Below, one piece after another: positions 33,820 through 34,033 of a DNA stretch of 34,033 bases. The DNA is taken from IMG/VR virus record IMGVR_UViG_3300039239_000009, positions 1 to 34,033 of that record. One strand, written 5' to 3'. The position numbers and the translations under genes were made by a program. The notes under the pieces are model-generated. The model had not been told where the DNA came from and searched no databases. It worked only from the letters and a program-made list of their open reading frames with translations. The stretch's first letter is position 1; each line of letters opens with the position of its first letter. Source of the stretch: a virus (taxonomy: Duplodnaviria; Caudoviricetes).

Positions 33820-34033
33820 ACGCCCCTGCCCTTCTGCCCACAAACGAACTGGTCCTGTACGACGCGCTGGACCACATCATGCGCACTGCGCGCGCCAGCT
33901 CAACGCAGACCCGTCGCCTGCGCTGGATAGTCAGCCGTGCCGAGGTCGCGCTGCAGGGCCGCCCCTTCGTCGCGTCCGAACATGACCAGCCCAAGATGGT
34001 CAGCGAGGCCGTGCTGCAGGCGAAGAACCTGCA
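33816..34033 (+). CDS. Hypothetical protein, truncated by the window end
   Basis: ATGA overlap and GGAG RBS; open frame MNAPALLPTNELVLYDALDHIMRTAR... to the edge. Confidence 0.65.
   Translation, partial: MNAPALLPTNELVLYDALDHIMRTARASSTQTRRLRWIVSRAEVALQGRPFVASEHDQPKMVSEAVLQAKNL

Larger units (their letters stand above)
1..34033. mobile_element. Temperate prophage / phage genome segment (lambdoid regulation, contractile-tail morphogenesis); both ends lie outside the window
   Basis: Contiguous, syntenic cI/cro, replication, RusA, Q-like, terminase, portal, capsid, sheath, tube, tape measure, baseplate and fibre genes. Confidence 0.97.

Overview
The whole window is the central part of a GC-rich temperate prophage with a contractile (myovirus-type) tail. 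The host is probably a betaproteobacterium; this is an inference from composition and gene content. Reading right to left on the minus strand: the immunity region (cro, with cI and the early-left operon on the plus strand), a CII-like gene, HNH and accessory genes, a DUF1376-type replication initiator with internal iterons, RusA, and a Q-like late regulator with a pR'-like promoter and terminator. Next come about 600 nt of highly structured non-coding sequence, a Com / small protein / ABC-ATPase-GNAT / formyltransferase module, a metallopeptidase, terminase, portal, head, neck, tail, baseplate and a tail fibre. Three things stand out. (1) The tail-fibre tip sits in a 563-bp shufflon-like invertible segment (18-bp inverted repeats at 24-41 and 569-586) carrying a silent alternative tip, and the two tips end in one shared palindrome. 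(2) A Com-controlled candidate modification cassette (ATPase-acetyltransferase plus formyltransferase) sits where Mu has mom. (3) A large candidate structured RNA opens the late operon, and part of its fold recurs, with compensatory changes, in an intergenic gap 11.6 kb away. No integrase, lysis cassette, invertase, tRNA or CRISPR array is visible in the window. Family names are from motif recognition and synteny, not database searches.
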